Virus record (IMG/VR): IMGVR_UViG_3300027770_000035
Strand: one strand, 5' to 3'
Length of the DNA: 64,000 nt
Source of the DNA: an uncultured virus (IMG/VR IMGVR_UViG_3300027770_000035)
Taxonomy: Duplodnaviria; Heunggongvirae; Uroviricota; Caudoviricetes
The translations under genes were made by a program, and so were the position numbers. This document shows, piece by piece, positions 37,861-47,975 of this stretch; the first letter of the stretch is position 1; every line of letters starts with the position of its first letter. Below the pieces are notes generated by a model. It was given only the letters and a program-made list of their open reading frames with translations. It ran no database searches and was not told the origin of the DNA.

Positions 37861-38618
37861 TATTTTGGAGTTCCTAACATAATTTTCATACGAATTTTCC
37901 CACCAAGCATACGATTATACCAACCATCATATCCAGGATACTTTCCATTTGGATTCTCACCAACCCATTCAACTTTTTTCCCTAGTACATTCTCCACTCG
38001 TTTTTGATCATTGACGAATGGAACTTTATATCTAGTGATTAATATATGAGCAATAGCATCTGATGCTTCCCCATAATATCCCGGAGTATTTAATTGTTCT
38101 GCTGATATGTCAAGGTAGGCTTGTTTTGCTTCAGGACCACCATCTGAGGCTCCACCCAAAGACTTCAATCCGTGGGGAGTTATTCGGACCCACTTAACAG
38201 CATCTGCTTCAGGGTCTTGATCGGTGTCTATTGCCCACCAAATTACATTCGTATCATTCCCATCTTTTCCATAAGGAACATCTTTTGGGGAAGTGTAATT
38301 TGGATACCCACCAATTTTACTGTATGACTTATCGATCATATCATATAGATTGGCATTCAATTCTGAATCAGGTTCTTGTAGATCTTTATTGTCAATTTCA
38401 ACCCATTTGTTTTTGTTAGGTTTGGGTTTGAGGGTTGCGAATGATTTAGCTTCTACTGTGGGTGTGGCCCTTCTTGCTATAGCAGTTTTCTTCTTCTTGT
38501 AACCCAAGGGAGCATCGAATCCACCACCAACAGCAGGAGTACCCAAACCCACAGAGGCCGACCCAGTTTCCTCGTCGGTCTTCATACTCACTCTTTTTGC
38601 GTAGTATTTCTTTGCCAT
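37860..38618 (-). CDS. Hypothetical protein
   Basis: 252-aa ORF with 1-nt stop/start overlaps on both sides. Confidence 0.7.
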   Translation of the reverse strand: MAKKYYAKRVSMKTDEETGSASVGLGTPAVGGGFDAPLGYKKKKTAIARRATPTVEAKSFATLKPKPNKNKWVEIDNKDLQEPDSELNANLYDMIDKSYSKIGGYPNYTSPKDVPYGKDGNDTNVIWWAIDTDQDPEADAVKWVRITPHGLKSLGGASDGGPEAKQAYLDISAEQLNTPGYYGEASDAIAHILITRYKVPFVNDQKRVENVLGKKVEWVGENPNGKYPGYDGWYNRMLGGKIRMKIMLGTPK

Positions 38619-39004
38619 TATAGTTCCTTTAGGGTCTGAAGAAGATTATCATCTATGGTAAATCCATTCGGACAAAGTAATACTCCATCAATGATGAACT
38701 GATCCTCGGGCATTATATTCAGGAATACCAGAAACGTGGTGATGATATTCCAAGCAGTCTGATCAAACTCGGTGAACATAATCTTTGCGGTGGCCTCACC
38801 CGGAAATACATTGGACATACATATCAGGTGGTTGATGATCAATCGGACATTGACTCTTTTATTATTTAGGTATCTATTCAGAAGCACCTTGATGTGGCGA
38901 ACCTTCTTATAGTCAGATTCAAACTCCGCAAGCGAAACACAGCCAGGGTTAACATAGACCCTGGCTGCGAACAATACAATGTTATCTTTGGTTAGATTGA
39001 TCAA
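38618..39004 (-). CDS. Conserved T4-like hypothetical protein
   Basis: LT.DN..LFA...Y.NP.C....EF..D, RLIINH...NVF. Confidence 0.7.
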   Translation of the reverse strand: MINLTKDNIVLFAARVYVNPGCVSLAEFESDYKKVRHIKVLLNRYLNNKRVNVRLIINHLICMSNVFPGEATAKIMFTEFDQTAWNIITTFLVFLNIMPEDQFIIDGVLLCPNGFTIDDNLLQTLKEL

Positions 39005-39005
39005 A

Positions 39006-41102
39006 TTAGTGAGTCATCGGACGAGGAACCGCATCCTCGTCTTCTTCCTGATCCTCTTTATTCTGTTCATCATCTTCTTCATCAGGAGCAGAATCATCTT
39101 CTTCTTTGAGACGAATATCCATTCCCAGAAGATCATGAGAGGTAATATCAGCAGGATCAATAAGCACAGCACTGTGAGGATACTTGATATTCTTCAGAGG
39201 AAAGGGCTTTTCGGTTTCTTGATCCCACGGCTGAATGAGCAGCTTACCATCCTGGACATCAATAATCTTGTGGAGATCATTGCCATGAGGAAGTTCTTTC
39301 ATAGGACCAGATGCAATCTTTATGATGTCGCCAATGACCTTTGCGGAATCTTCTTCCTGCATTGGGCTGGTTCTACCGCCAATAGTATTCGGTTGGAAAT
39401 TGTTTGTAGTTTTAGTATCGAGGGGAGTTCCCTTATAAGCAGCATCATAAGCTGCAATTTCTTCAGGGTCAGTCAGTTGGATTTTTGTATAATTAACAAC
39501 TTTGCGGGGATTGCGAGATCTTCCTTTGTCTCTATCAAGAGCACCTTGAAATTCAGCAGAGTATTTTCCATTCCTACCATCTTCTAAATCATTTTCTTTG
39601 AGTTTGTCGGTCTGGTCCATATCTGCCTTAGTCATAGGAGATACTTTACCAAGTTCATGTGTGAGTTGAAGGACCTCATGTCCCATAGCAACAACTTTAT
39701 TATTGCCATTTCCCATAGACCAAGTACTCTGACCTTTATATTGTTTATTAATACCATCGCCATGATGGAATGAAGCAATATTAAGTACATGTCCACTAGG
39801 ATGGGTCATAGTGATACGTTTAGTACCGGTTTTATCCATGACTGGTACTCCCCCCATCTCAAATCCATGTTGAGATGCGAGTTTAATAATATCATCATCC
39901 TTCATAGATTCAGTAGTGAGTTTGTCGGTCTGGTCCATTTCCATATTCTCTGAACCATGAGGAGGAATTCCTTGACCTTCATCCTCATCCATAGGAAGTT
40001 GAGCTACCTTCTTGGCTTCATTCTCTAACTTCTTTTTGGCTTTGACCTTGGCATCTTTCTTTACAGTATCAGCCTGAGTCTTGGCCTTATTGATCTCATC
40101 AGTATCTACAGGAGTGATGGAAATAATGCCATCAGCCTTTTCTGTCTTGATTACCAGATGAGCCGCATGTTTATTCTTGACTACCTTGGAACGAACATCT
40201 TTTCCTTTGAGATAGACAACTACCTGAGGACTATCATCCTCAGAAGATTCTTGGAGAAATGATTCTAGTGTTTTGGATTTTGATTCGTACACTTCGATAT
40301 GTCCTGTTTTCTTGATTTCTGAAGCATTAGGATCTTCATTAGCATCCTCGATTTCCTTCTCTTCTCCCGGAGCACCCACAATTTTATCATACTCTGCCAT
40401 AGTAATGATGTTACCCTCAGCCGCCATCTTGGTAATTCTTTCGGTGACTGCATGAAGTTGTTCATCATCAACAGCATCTTCTCGGGCAAACTCCAGCATA
40501 CGAATGAACAACGGTATATCCATCTTGACTACATCAACAGGATTATCCTTATCCTCTTCGCCTTCTTCTTCGGTCACTTCTGTTTCATCAGAATCTTTAT
40601 CTTCCAGAGATAGATCGGACAGTCTCATCTTCTCTTCGCCAAAGTATACATGAAGATATGCCTTGTAATCGTCGGCGTCCTTATGAATACACAAGGTGAG
40701 TTCGCCCGGCTCTTCATTACCTTCATCATCCTTACCATAGATAGCAATAGGTTCGGCTGCATCAGTTGGATTGTCATGAAGAGCTACTTCGATCTGATCC
40801 GAGGAGCCTAGTGCAGATTTAGCCGACTCCTGATCAAAAGTAACTCCGATGGTGGCGAGTACTTCCTGGATCTTTTCCAGAGCCTCGTCCAGATCATCTA
40901 ATGCAATGTCGGCAAGTTCCTTGTTGACTGATCGAATAGCGGAGACTTCATCGATATCATCGGTGTCCTCTTCCTTCATAGGATCATCTTCGGACTTGAC
41001 CAGTGCAGTGCCAGATACCGGATCAACTTTGGGAGGCACTACAATAGGTGCAGTGCCTCCCTGATAACCTGTGTCTTCGAGAAAGAGTGAGAATGTTTTC
41101 AT
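39006..41102 (-). CDS. Acidic multi-module putative head-internal protein
   Basis: MKTFSLFLE start; internal DIPLFIRMLEFARED module. Confidence 0.65.
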   Translation of the reverse strand: MKTFSLFLEDTGYQGGTAPIVVPPKVDPVSGTALVKSEDDPMKEEDTDDIDEVSAIRSVNKELADIALDDLDEALEKIQEVLATIGVTFDQESAKSALGSSDQIEVALHDNPTDAAEPIAIYGKDDEGNEEPGELTLCIHKDADDYKAYLHVYFGEEKMRLSDLSLEDKDSDETEVTEEEGEEDKDNPVDVVKMDIPLFIRMLEFAREDAVDDEQLHAVTERITKMAAEGNIITMAEYDKIVGAPGEEKEIEDANEDPNASEIKKTGHIEVYESKSKTLESFLQESSEDDSPQVVVYLKGKDVRSKVVKNKHAAHLVIKTEKADGIISITPVDTDEINKAKTQADTVKKDAKVKAKKKLENEAKKVAQLPMDEDEGQGIPPHGSENMEMDQTDKLTTESMKDDDIIKLASQHGFEMGGVPVMDKTGTKRITMTHPSGHVLNIASFHHGDGINKQYKGQSTWSMGNGNNKVVAMGHEVLQLTHELGKVSPMTKADMDQTDKLKENDLEDGRNGKYSAEFQGALDRDKGRSRNPRKVVNYTKIQLTDPEEIAAYDAAYKGTPLDTKTTNNFQPNTIGGRTSPMQEEDSAKVIGDIIKIASGPMKELPHGNDLHKIIDVQDGKLLIQPWDQETEKPFPLKNIKYPHSAVLIDPADITSHDLLGMDIRLKEEDDSAPDEEDDEQNKEDQEEDEDAVPRPMTH

Positions 41103-41119
41103 AGTTGTCCTAGTTGTAT

Positions 41120-42451
41120 TTAGTGTTCGTAGAGGTATGTATTGATAACATCACGACGTTTTGCTGATTGGTCGCCTTCACCAGGAAGAACAATAACATT
41201 CCACTTAGGTGTATTACCTTCAGATTTTGCCATCATCTCATCATACGTCAGAATACTGGTGACACTAATGTCATAGGTTCGGGTCATCCACTTTTTAAGT
41301 TTAGTGACGGCTTCTTCTGATTTATAGGTCAACTTAGGTTTCTTGGCTCCAGGAACTGCTATCCTATGTAGAATGGTATCAAATCCAATTCCGGCCTTTT
41401 CCATCTCAGATCTTACCATAGTAATACTATTCTTAAAATTCTGTTCACCAGACAATCCTTTAATCTGAACCAAATCGGAAGATGGTGTCTTTCCTGCCGC
41501 AGCCTTCATCTTACCTCGTTGTTCGGGGTTGGCAGATACGGAGAAGTTGATAATAAAATTCTTGGGTCTGGCCGAGGAATGGACTACATCGGCCATCTTG
41601 GTGTAGGCATAGAAATCGACATTCGGGAATTTTCGTGCAATTTTCCATGCAAGATCTCGATATTGATCACTGAAGAAATCTCCAGCATCATGCCAACGAA
41701 CTACTACCGTAGTCGGCTTACCCGTGGCCTTATTAACTGTAGATTTAGGATCTTCATACTTATTCACCATGGCCTGAATTTCATCAGATAGCATCTTCTC
41801 AAATCCTGCGGGATCATTGATTAGGAAATTAAGAATCCGTGCCATAGATAGAAAGGACGCCACATATTGAATATACCCACCCTTTAAGGCATAACAATAT
41901 AATTTACAGGCACCAGCACCAGGACAGGTATCTACGGAAATTAGATCGCCAGTCTTTTCATTTACAGCAAATCCCTTCAGTGCAGGAATGCCCAGATTGA
42001 AATAAATTTCTTGAGTTCCATCCGAATGGATCATCTTCTCATTTTGCTTGAGGAGTTTCTTTGGACGAATCATAATACTCTTTTTGAGAGCATCTTCATC
42101 GACTACGGTGCCTTCGGGATCAAGGTATTTAAGTCCGGAGGCATGAACATGAGGCATAGTAAGCCTATACTTCTTTCTCTGCTTTGCCTGATCTCTATAT
42201 TCCTTTGGAGTGAGACCCGGAGTCTTCTTTTTGAATTGCAAATAATCCTGAAGTTCTTTACCTGACATCTTCCTATTAGGAGCACCAAGAAGCTCATCAT
42301 CGGCCTCTTCAATTTCTTCGTCTGCGGATTCCTTTTCAGGAGTCCACTTAGGAAATGTCTTATGATAAAAATCTACAATGCTACTAATCTGAATCCCATT
42401 CAGCGATTTTGATGATTTATCTTCTACTAAAAATTCTTTGAATGATAGCAT
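41120..42451 (-). CDS. GP88-like Cys-cluster protein with CTS-like N-terminus
   Basis: TCPGAGACKLYCYA, VRWHDAGDF, FYAYTK; MLSFKEFLVE start. Confidence 0.7.
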   Translation of the reverse strand: MLSFKEFLVEDKSSKSLNGIQISSIVDFYHKTFPKWTPEKESADEEIEEADDELLGAPNRKMSGKELQDYLQFKKKTPGLTPKEYRDQAKQRKKYRLTMPHVHASGLKYLDPEGTVVDEDALKKSIMIRPKKLLKQNEKMIHSDGTQEIYFNLGIPALKGFAVNEKTGDLISVDTCPGAGACKLYCYALKGGYIQYVASFLSMARILNFLINDPAGFEKMLSDEIQAMVNKYEDPKSTVNKATGKPTTVVVRWHDAGDFFSDQYRDLAWKIARKFPNVDFYAYTKMADVVHSSARPKNFIINFSVSANPEQRGKMKAAAGKTPSSDLVQIKGLSGEQNFKNSITMVRSEMEKAGIGFDTILHRIAVPGAKKPKLTYKSEEAVTKLKKWMTRTYDISVTSILTYDEMMAKSEGNTPKWNVIVLPGEGDQSAKRRDVINTYLYEH

Positions 42452-42856
42452 TTAATTTTCCTTGGTTACTCGATCTGTGTAATATGCGATGTGCCAACCC
42501 TTGATCTTCTCACCAGTAACATCTCCCGGCTTCTTATCCTTATACCAGTTGTATAGTGGCTTGCCTTTGTATGCCCACTGAGTAGTCCCATCACTTCGAC
42601 GAACCAATGTCCAGTCGTCGTGAGAATACTCTACCGAGGAATCATCAATATCATTAGATAGATTGATTGCTCTGAGTGGTGGCCATTTGATCGCACAATC
42701 CCCGTAACAGGTAGATACCGTGGGTTCCTTATCCGAATCAAAGATATAAAGAGTCATACCACTGGTATCGGTCAGAATACACTTCTTCCCCTTGAAGTTC
42801 TGAAGAACCTCAGAGGGAAGCCAGCTTTCTTTCAGGAATTGTTTGAATGATATCAT
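42452..42856 (-). CDS. Lipoprotein_15 (Y-x4-D repeat)-like protein with CTS-like N-terminus
   Basis: GMTLY.FDSD, C.GDCA..WPP, QWAYKGKPLY...KD.KPGD..G. Confidence 0.8.
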   Translation of the reverse strand: MISFKQFLKESWLPSEVLQNFKGKKCILTDTSGMTLYIFDSDKEPTVSTCYGDCAIKWPPLRAINLSNDIDDSSVEYSHDDWTLVRRSDGTTQWAYKGKPLYNWYKDKKPGDVTGEKIKGWHIAYYTDRVTKEN

Positions 42857-42862
42857 ATAGGA

Positions 42863-45800
42863 TTATTTAGGATTAGGATCGTAGTGCCTTTTCAATTCTT
42901 GTACAACTGATATTAATTTTTCCATAGTTTTCCCAGAATCAAATTCTTCAATTTCAGAATCAGGAGAAAATAAGTACCATCCAGTAACTCCGATTGGTTG
43001 ACTGGTATTCTGCCGCATACGCCGATAATACACTCTGAGAGTCCACCCCGACATTTTATAGACTTTCCCAGAATTTGAATACACATATCGGACCATTCCG
43101 GGCCGACCTGGAATAATCTCTTCCTTTTTGTATTCGAACCCAAGAGTCTGACTAAGAAACGATGCCAATTCAGATTTTGTTTTAGAAGTTTCTGGTGTTG
43201 GTTGTTTCTTATTTGTGTCTTCTGGAGGAGACCATTTAGTCTTTGTTATTTTTTCATAATTTGCTCTGGCCAAATCACCTTCAGGATCCTGCTGCATACC
43301 CATTCGTCTCATTGCAGCAATACCTTCAGGAGAAACTTCATTCAGAGATTCTTCTTTAACTGTAGACTTACCAGTACTACTTAGAGATTTTTCGGCCCAC
43401 AACTTACCCGCATCCCCACCCAACATCATCCAAGCAATGAATCCATTGGAAGGTGCTTCGGGATCATCCCAGCCAGTCTTCTTTTCTTTGTCATGACGGG
43501 TGAGTTTAACAAGAAGATTTTTGAGATCGGATTCGTCGAAAGGTTCTTTGAGTAATTTATTGGCAGTCTTAATTGTATCACTATTACCGCCACGATTAAA
43601 CTTAGATCTTAGTTCCAATCCATCAGTCGCATTGTCTTTAACTTCTTTGGGGGCAGTTACTTCTAACAATACTTCCTGATCTCCCTTGGGGTCTACTTGC
43701 AATTCGTCCTGTTCTTCAGAGAATTGTTTGAATGTTTTGATATTATTTTCGCCCATATGTTTGAAGTATGATACCTGTCTCTCTCGTTTGATTGCTTGTT
43801 CTTTGGAAGGATAGGGACCGCCCAATCGCTTGTGGGTCTTCTTGGAGAATAGAGTCCAACCATTCTTGGAGTGTACTATGTCTTCATTCATTCTGAGAAC
43901 GTTACGCACTTTAGTAGTGAATGTGTCGGGGTCATCTTCTTCTATATGCCGTTTTTTGGCATAGGCTGGGGGCGTAGAGGGTAACCATTCAAAATTGAAT
44001 GGACTACAGTTCAGATGACTATTTACTATTGATGTTATCTTAGATGACACTTTGGAAAAATTAACTTTGTCGATATTAAATGTTTCAAAGTGCATCGAGT
44101 TATCATCAAGTTCTATGAAAAATCTAACCCATCCATCTTTCATACCGTTCTCAGCACTTATAATCTTACCATCAGTTACATTTTTGATGAGGTGATCATG
44201 AACTCCTTCATTTTTCTTGGGGTCTGGTAAAAATAATTCACCCACAGGAGATATCCAACCCCAATAGGGATATTTGAACTCATGAGCTTCATTCATCTCA
44301 GAGACACCTCTGTATTTGTTTCTTAATTTCTTTAAGAACTCGTCTGGATCGGCAACCTCAATGGCATTGAGTGGGCGCCTTAGGTCAATACTGTTCTCGA
44401 AGTTATAACTCTTAAATATAGGTCTTTTAGTTACCTTATGAGCACGATCCAAGACTTGTTTTATTGCCGTAGAAATCGTTGGAGACAACTTAAACCCTCG
44501 TGAATACACGCTGAAAAACATCTCATAATATTGAGTTAAGAAGAAACGAACCCAACCTCGGTTGAAAGCCTTCTGTTCGGCGTCGTATGAGTCAGTATGA
44601 TCAAAATTATCGGTGGCGTCGTTTGGATTAGAAATATCAATTAAAATATCTCTGACATACTCTGCATGGAGTGTGTGGGTAGATTTGGGTTTATCGTATA
44701 TCTTACCATCAGCATCGATCCATCCCCAATAGATATATTTGAACTCATGAGCTTCATCAACCTGTTCTGATCTTACTTTCTTTGCCAGATCACTAGTCGC
44801 AGGTGTTATTGCCTTGGACAAGGCACCTCCTTTGGCTGTGGCAATAATCCCCATAGTGTTACCCCTTCCATATAGCGATACAACTTTACCGTTGACTTTA
44901 GCAGCCAAATTACCATCTGGTCCCATAACAACCGGATACACTTTCACATTACCCCGCTCATTACTGAAATCATTAGATGCATACATTGATATTTCAGGAT
45001 CATTGAATAACTTCTTCCAGAGAATGCGTGCTCCAGCACTCTGAGATTGATAGGCTCCAAGATTATAGTTGGCTTTGGTGATGATATCTTTATATAGAGT
45101 GAATCCGATATTCTTACCTTGATAGCGGGTGCCAACTACCATATACTCCACTATCATAATTTCGAATGGACTATTAGCTATTTTTGGATTTTTTGGATTA
45201 AGATTCAATACGGCAACCAAATCCGCTCCATTATGCACAAATACCCCAGTGGGGTTGAGGTATTTTGGATCTGGATACAATCCAACCGAATATTGGATTC
45301 CATCCGCCGTAATATGCGGTACATTATCAATAAGGTTTTTATTTACAGCATTAAGGATCGTTTTGTGTATTGGCCCATCAAGCGCCTTAGCATCTGCCTT
45401 ATCAATATCATTGGGTTCTATCTCATCCAAGATATCTTCGTCTAATTTCATTGCCAATCTCAGATCATTATACAATCCCTTGGCATATTTCCTATCGGGA
45501 ATAGAATCACAGAATTCTTCGTAGTCGCCGTCCTTAGCGAGTTGGCGAACCTTGGTGGCAGAAATCCCATCGGTACCTTCGGAATCTTCTTCTCGATCCC
45601 CAGCCTGGACTATTTTGACAGACTCGAATGCCTTATTCTTCTCGTTGTATTCTCGAATGAGCTTCGTGAATGGTTCATATTCGTCCTCACCACAGACATA
45701 TACAAGATGGTCGTATCCCATATCCTTTATCTTATTCAGGACATCATAGATAGTTTCACATCCTTTATCCCCAATATGAACACCCTCAAAAAATTTCTTG

Positions 45801-45976
45801 GCATAGGATACCTTTGTATCATAGTCGAGAGGATTCTTTTCGGCATCCTGAGTGTGAGAAATGAATAGATAGTGGTCGCCGGGAATGGATGTAAGCTTAT
45901 TGACCAGCTTTAGGTGACCCTTGGTGGGTGGATTAAATCTTCCGAATGCGGCGACTGCGGTATCTGATTTGGGCAT
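42863..45976 (-). CDS. Cytidyltransferase-like domain fused to GNAT-like and other modules
   Basis: FGRFNPPTKGH and SATKVR; V...YQGKNIG..LY, QSAGA..LW; duplicated AHEFKY.YWGWI module. Confidence 0.75.
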   Translation of the reverse strand: MPKSDTAVAAFGRFNPPTKGHLKLVNKLTSIPGDHYLFISHTQDAEKNPLDYDTKVSYAKKFFEGVHIGDKGCETIYDVLNKIKDMGYDHLVYVCGEDEYEPFTKLIREYNEKNKAFESVKIVQAGDREEDSEGTDGISATKVRQLAKDGDYEEFCDSIPDRKYAKGLYNDLRLAMKLDEDILDEIEPNDIDKADAKALDGPIHKTILNAVNKNLIDNVPHITADGIQYSVGLYPDPKYLNPTGVFVHNGADLVAVLNLNPKNPKIANSPFEIMIVEYMVVGTRYQGKNIGFTLYKDIITKANYNLGAYQSQSAGARILWKKLFNDPEISMYASNDFSNERGNVKVYPVVMGPDGNLAAKVNGKVVSLYGRGNTMGIIATAKGGALSKAITPATSDLAKKVRSEQVDEAHEFKYIYWGWIDADGKIYDKPKSTHTLHAEYVRDILIDISNPNDATDNFDHTDSYDAEQKAFNRGWVRFFLTQYYEMFFSVYSRGFKLSPTISTAIKQVLDRAHKVTKRPIFKSYNFENSIDLRRPLNAIEVADPDEFLKKLRNKYRGVSEMNEAHEFKYPYWGWISPVGELFLPDPKKNEGVHDHLIKNVTDGKIISAENGMKDGWVRFFIELDDNSMHFETFNIDKVNFSKVSSKITSIVNSHLNCSPFNFEWLPSTPPAYAKKRHIEEDDPDTFTTKVRNVLRMNEDIVHSKNGWTLFSKKTHKRLGGPYPSKEQAIKRERQVSYFKHMGENNIKTFKQFSEEQDELQVDPKGDQEVLLEVTAPKEVKDNATDGLELRSKFNRGGNSDTIKTANKLLKEPFDESDLKNLLVKLTRHDKEKKTGWDDPEAPSNGFIAWMMLGGDAGKLWAEKSLSSTGKSTVKEESLNEVSPEGIAAMRRMGMQQDPEGDLARANYEKITKTKWSPPEDTNKKQPTPETSKTKSELASFLSQTLGFEYKKEEIIPGRPGMVRYVYSNSGKVYKMSGWTLRVYYRRMRQNTSQPIGVTGWYLFSPDSEIEEFDSGKTMEKLISVVQELKRHYDPNPK

Positions 45977-45977
45977 A

Positions 45978-46967
45978 TTATTCTTGAAATGGGCTGTCCA
46001 GAGATTTTAATATGAAAGATCCGGTGATCTTGAAGTTCCGATCCCCACTACGAATGACCAATCCTTCTTGTGTATTTAGGGGACCCATCGTACTCGTGCA
46101 ATGTTTCAGAATCTCATCACCCAATGATATAGCAGCGTAGTATACAATAGAATCATTAAGTTCACGAGGTGTGGCATCTTTTCCACCAGAAGCCATCAAT
46201 TCCTTGTATCGTTTTCGAGTGGTCCTCATTGGATGAGATATTGTCACATTCTCTAACCATTGTTGAAGAGTCTTGGTATTGTCTCCAAATTTAACCTTGC
46301 GCTTTAGAATCGAATCGAGATCTGGTTTGGATTTCAGAGTCACCTGAATGGGTCCGAGAATAGCGAAACCCTTTTTCTTTCCAATAATATTGAGAGAATA
46401 GGTATAACTATTCAGAGCCTCTGAATCGACCTTGGTATCCACGATAGTTCTTCGGATTACCTTACCCTCACTATCCTTCTCGGTCACTCCCAACCTCAGA
46501 CCATGAATAGACAGGAAGTTAGTCACATTCGGATATTCGATTACGTTGACTTTATTCTTATCCACAAAATCCAAATTGAGAATTAAATTGGGATTGTCCA
46601 GAACACCCAATTTCTTCAGACTGGATTTGGTATATGGAAGGGCGGCATTCATAATATCCAGAACAATCTTACCATTTTGTTTCAGACCATCATTGAGATT
46701 CGAGGCTTCGAGGTCAGCAGCCTTGATTCCATTGAGATCTCTCGGATCTTTGATTGCTCCTCGATCAAGAACAAATTCTCCGTCTACCAATCGGACAGAT
46801 AGGTTGGTGCCATCGATCTTCACCGTGGCTTTCTTTTGGGAAAGGTATGGAATAGCTTCTCGGAACAATTGAATGAGTTCTGGTCCGGTCGATGCTATGT
46901 CATACGGATGGGGTTCGTGACCACCTGCACCTCCTTCCATCAGGAGAAATTTTTTGAATGAGAGCAT
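45978..46967 (-). CDS. Ligase-like nucleotidyltransferase-fold protein with CTS-like N-terminus
   Basis: H.PHPYD, VKIDG, EGLV, FKITG motifs. Confidence 0.6.
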   Translation of the reverse strand: MLSFKKFLLMEGGAGGHEPHPYDIASTGPELIQLFREAIPYLSQKKATVKIDGTNLSVRLVDGEFVLDRGAIKDPRDLNGIKAADLEASNLNDGLKQNGKIVLDIMNAALPYTKSSLKKLGVLDNPNLILNLDFVDKNKVNVIEYPNVTNFLSIHGLRLGVTEKDSEGKVIRRTIVDTKVDSEALNSYTYSLNIIGKKKGFAILGPIQVTLKSKPDLDSILKRKVKFGDNTKTLQQWLENVTISHPMRTTRKRYKELMASGGKDATPRELNDSIVYYAAISLGDEILKHCTSTMGPLNTQEGLVIRSGDRNFKITGSFILKSLDSPFQE

Positions 46968-46972
46968 TGGGA

Positions 46973-47125
46973 TTATTTATTTTTAGTAACTACAATCTGT
47001 ATAGATATCCTGTGATCTCGATCCCGATCCAATCCTAAACATTCAAGTACATACTTTTTAATTTTGGTTTGTTCTGGTAGGGTAACTTGTTTTCCTGGAT
47101 ATGTAATCTTAATAGTATCTGTCAT
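46973..47125 (-). CDS. Small late protein (50 aa)
   Basis: MTDTIKITYPGK...; TATAAATA at 47140-47147 and GAGG SD. Confidence 0.55.
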   Translation of the reverse strand: MTDTIKITYPGKQVTLPEQTKIKKYVLECLGLDRDRDHRISIQIVVTKNK

Positions 47126-47154
47126 AGTTGCCTCAAAACTATTTATACAAATGC

Positions 47155-47183
47155 AAAAAAGGAGACAGATTTCTCTGTCTCCT
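47155..47183 (-). terminator. Intrinsic terminator
   Basis: GGAGACAGA/TCTGTCTCC stem plus T-run. Confidence 0.8.
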
Positions 47184-47494
47184 CATGTCTTACTATGTTC
47201 AGGACATCTGGTCATCAACCAACCCAGCTTCACCAGGGTACCTGGCTTACCACATATCTCACAGATCTTATAGGATTGCTTCTCGGCTTCCGTAATCCTT
47301 AACTGGATTTCATCAGACTCCGCTCCGATATAAAATCTCAGACCACCAAATTTCTCTTTGACCTGACACACCTGACCATCCCAACCAAGTTTCTCCAGAT
47401 CCTCTACCAGAGTAGTAATCAATGGATGCCATCCAGGTCTTACATGAAGTAGGATCTCATCCAAAGATATATCTTTTCCATAATAATCTGTCAT
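47183..47494 (-). CDS. Conserved phage protein with zinc ribbon
   Basis: GW..L, QVKEKFGGLRFY, CEICG, C..H. Confidence 0.7.
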   Translation of the reverse strand: MTDYYGKDISLDEILLHVRPGWHPLITTLVEDLEKLGWDGQVCQVKEKFGGLRFYIGAESDEIQLRITEAEKQSYKICEICGKPGTLVKLGWLMTRCPEHSKT

Positions 47495-47955
47495 TCGGCA
47501 CCAAACCATTCTGGGATTCTACCGTGCTTCCAAGAAGCAAAGCCTCGTTTTTCTCCCTTATAATACTCTCGATATGCTTTCACAGCATCACCCTTGCACT
47601 TATAAATATCAGGCATCGCCTGAGCAAATGGAGTAATACCAAGATTCGGGAGATCTGGTACAGGCAATTGTTTAACCAACTCCACAGACTTATGGTCCTT
47701 ACCATATCGTCGAGTATACTCTTCTCCTATTGATAGGGTCAGATCTCGAAGATATATAAAGTTGGCAACAGATTCTCTGGCCCACTTGGTGCAAGGATGA
47801 TTTTGATATGCTGCCTTATATCCGATATCATGGCCAGACAATCGACAGGCAGTGGATAGCATCTGAGCATGTTCCAGAGGCATCTTGACAACATGCTTGT
47901 CGATCATGTATTCGGCACATAACGTAGGATCTTTATCAAGGATGAAGATGTTCAT
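47491..47955 (-). CDS. Pyrimidine-dimer glycosylase (DenV-family)-like protein
   Basis: MNIFILD.DP, DKHVVKM.LE.AQMLST, NHPCT.W, EY..RY.K.H, QAMPD. Confidence 0.8.
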   Translation of the reverse strand: MNIFILDKDPTLCAEYMIDKHVVKMPLEHAQMLSTACRLSGHDIGYKAAYQNHPCTKWARESVANFIYLRDLTLSIGEEYTRRYGKDHKSVELVKQLPVPDLPNLGITPFAQAMPDIYKCKGDAVKAYREYYKGEKRGFASWKHGRIPEWFGAE

Positions 47956-47975
47956 AGTATTATTATATCTTAAAA

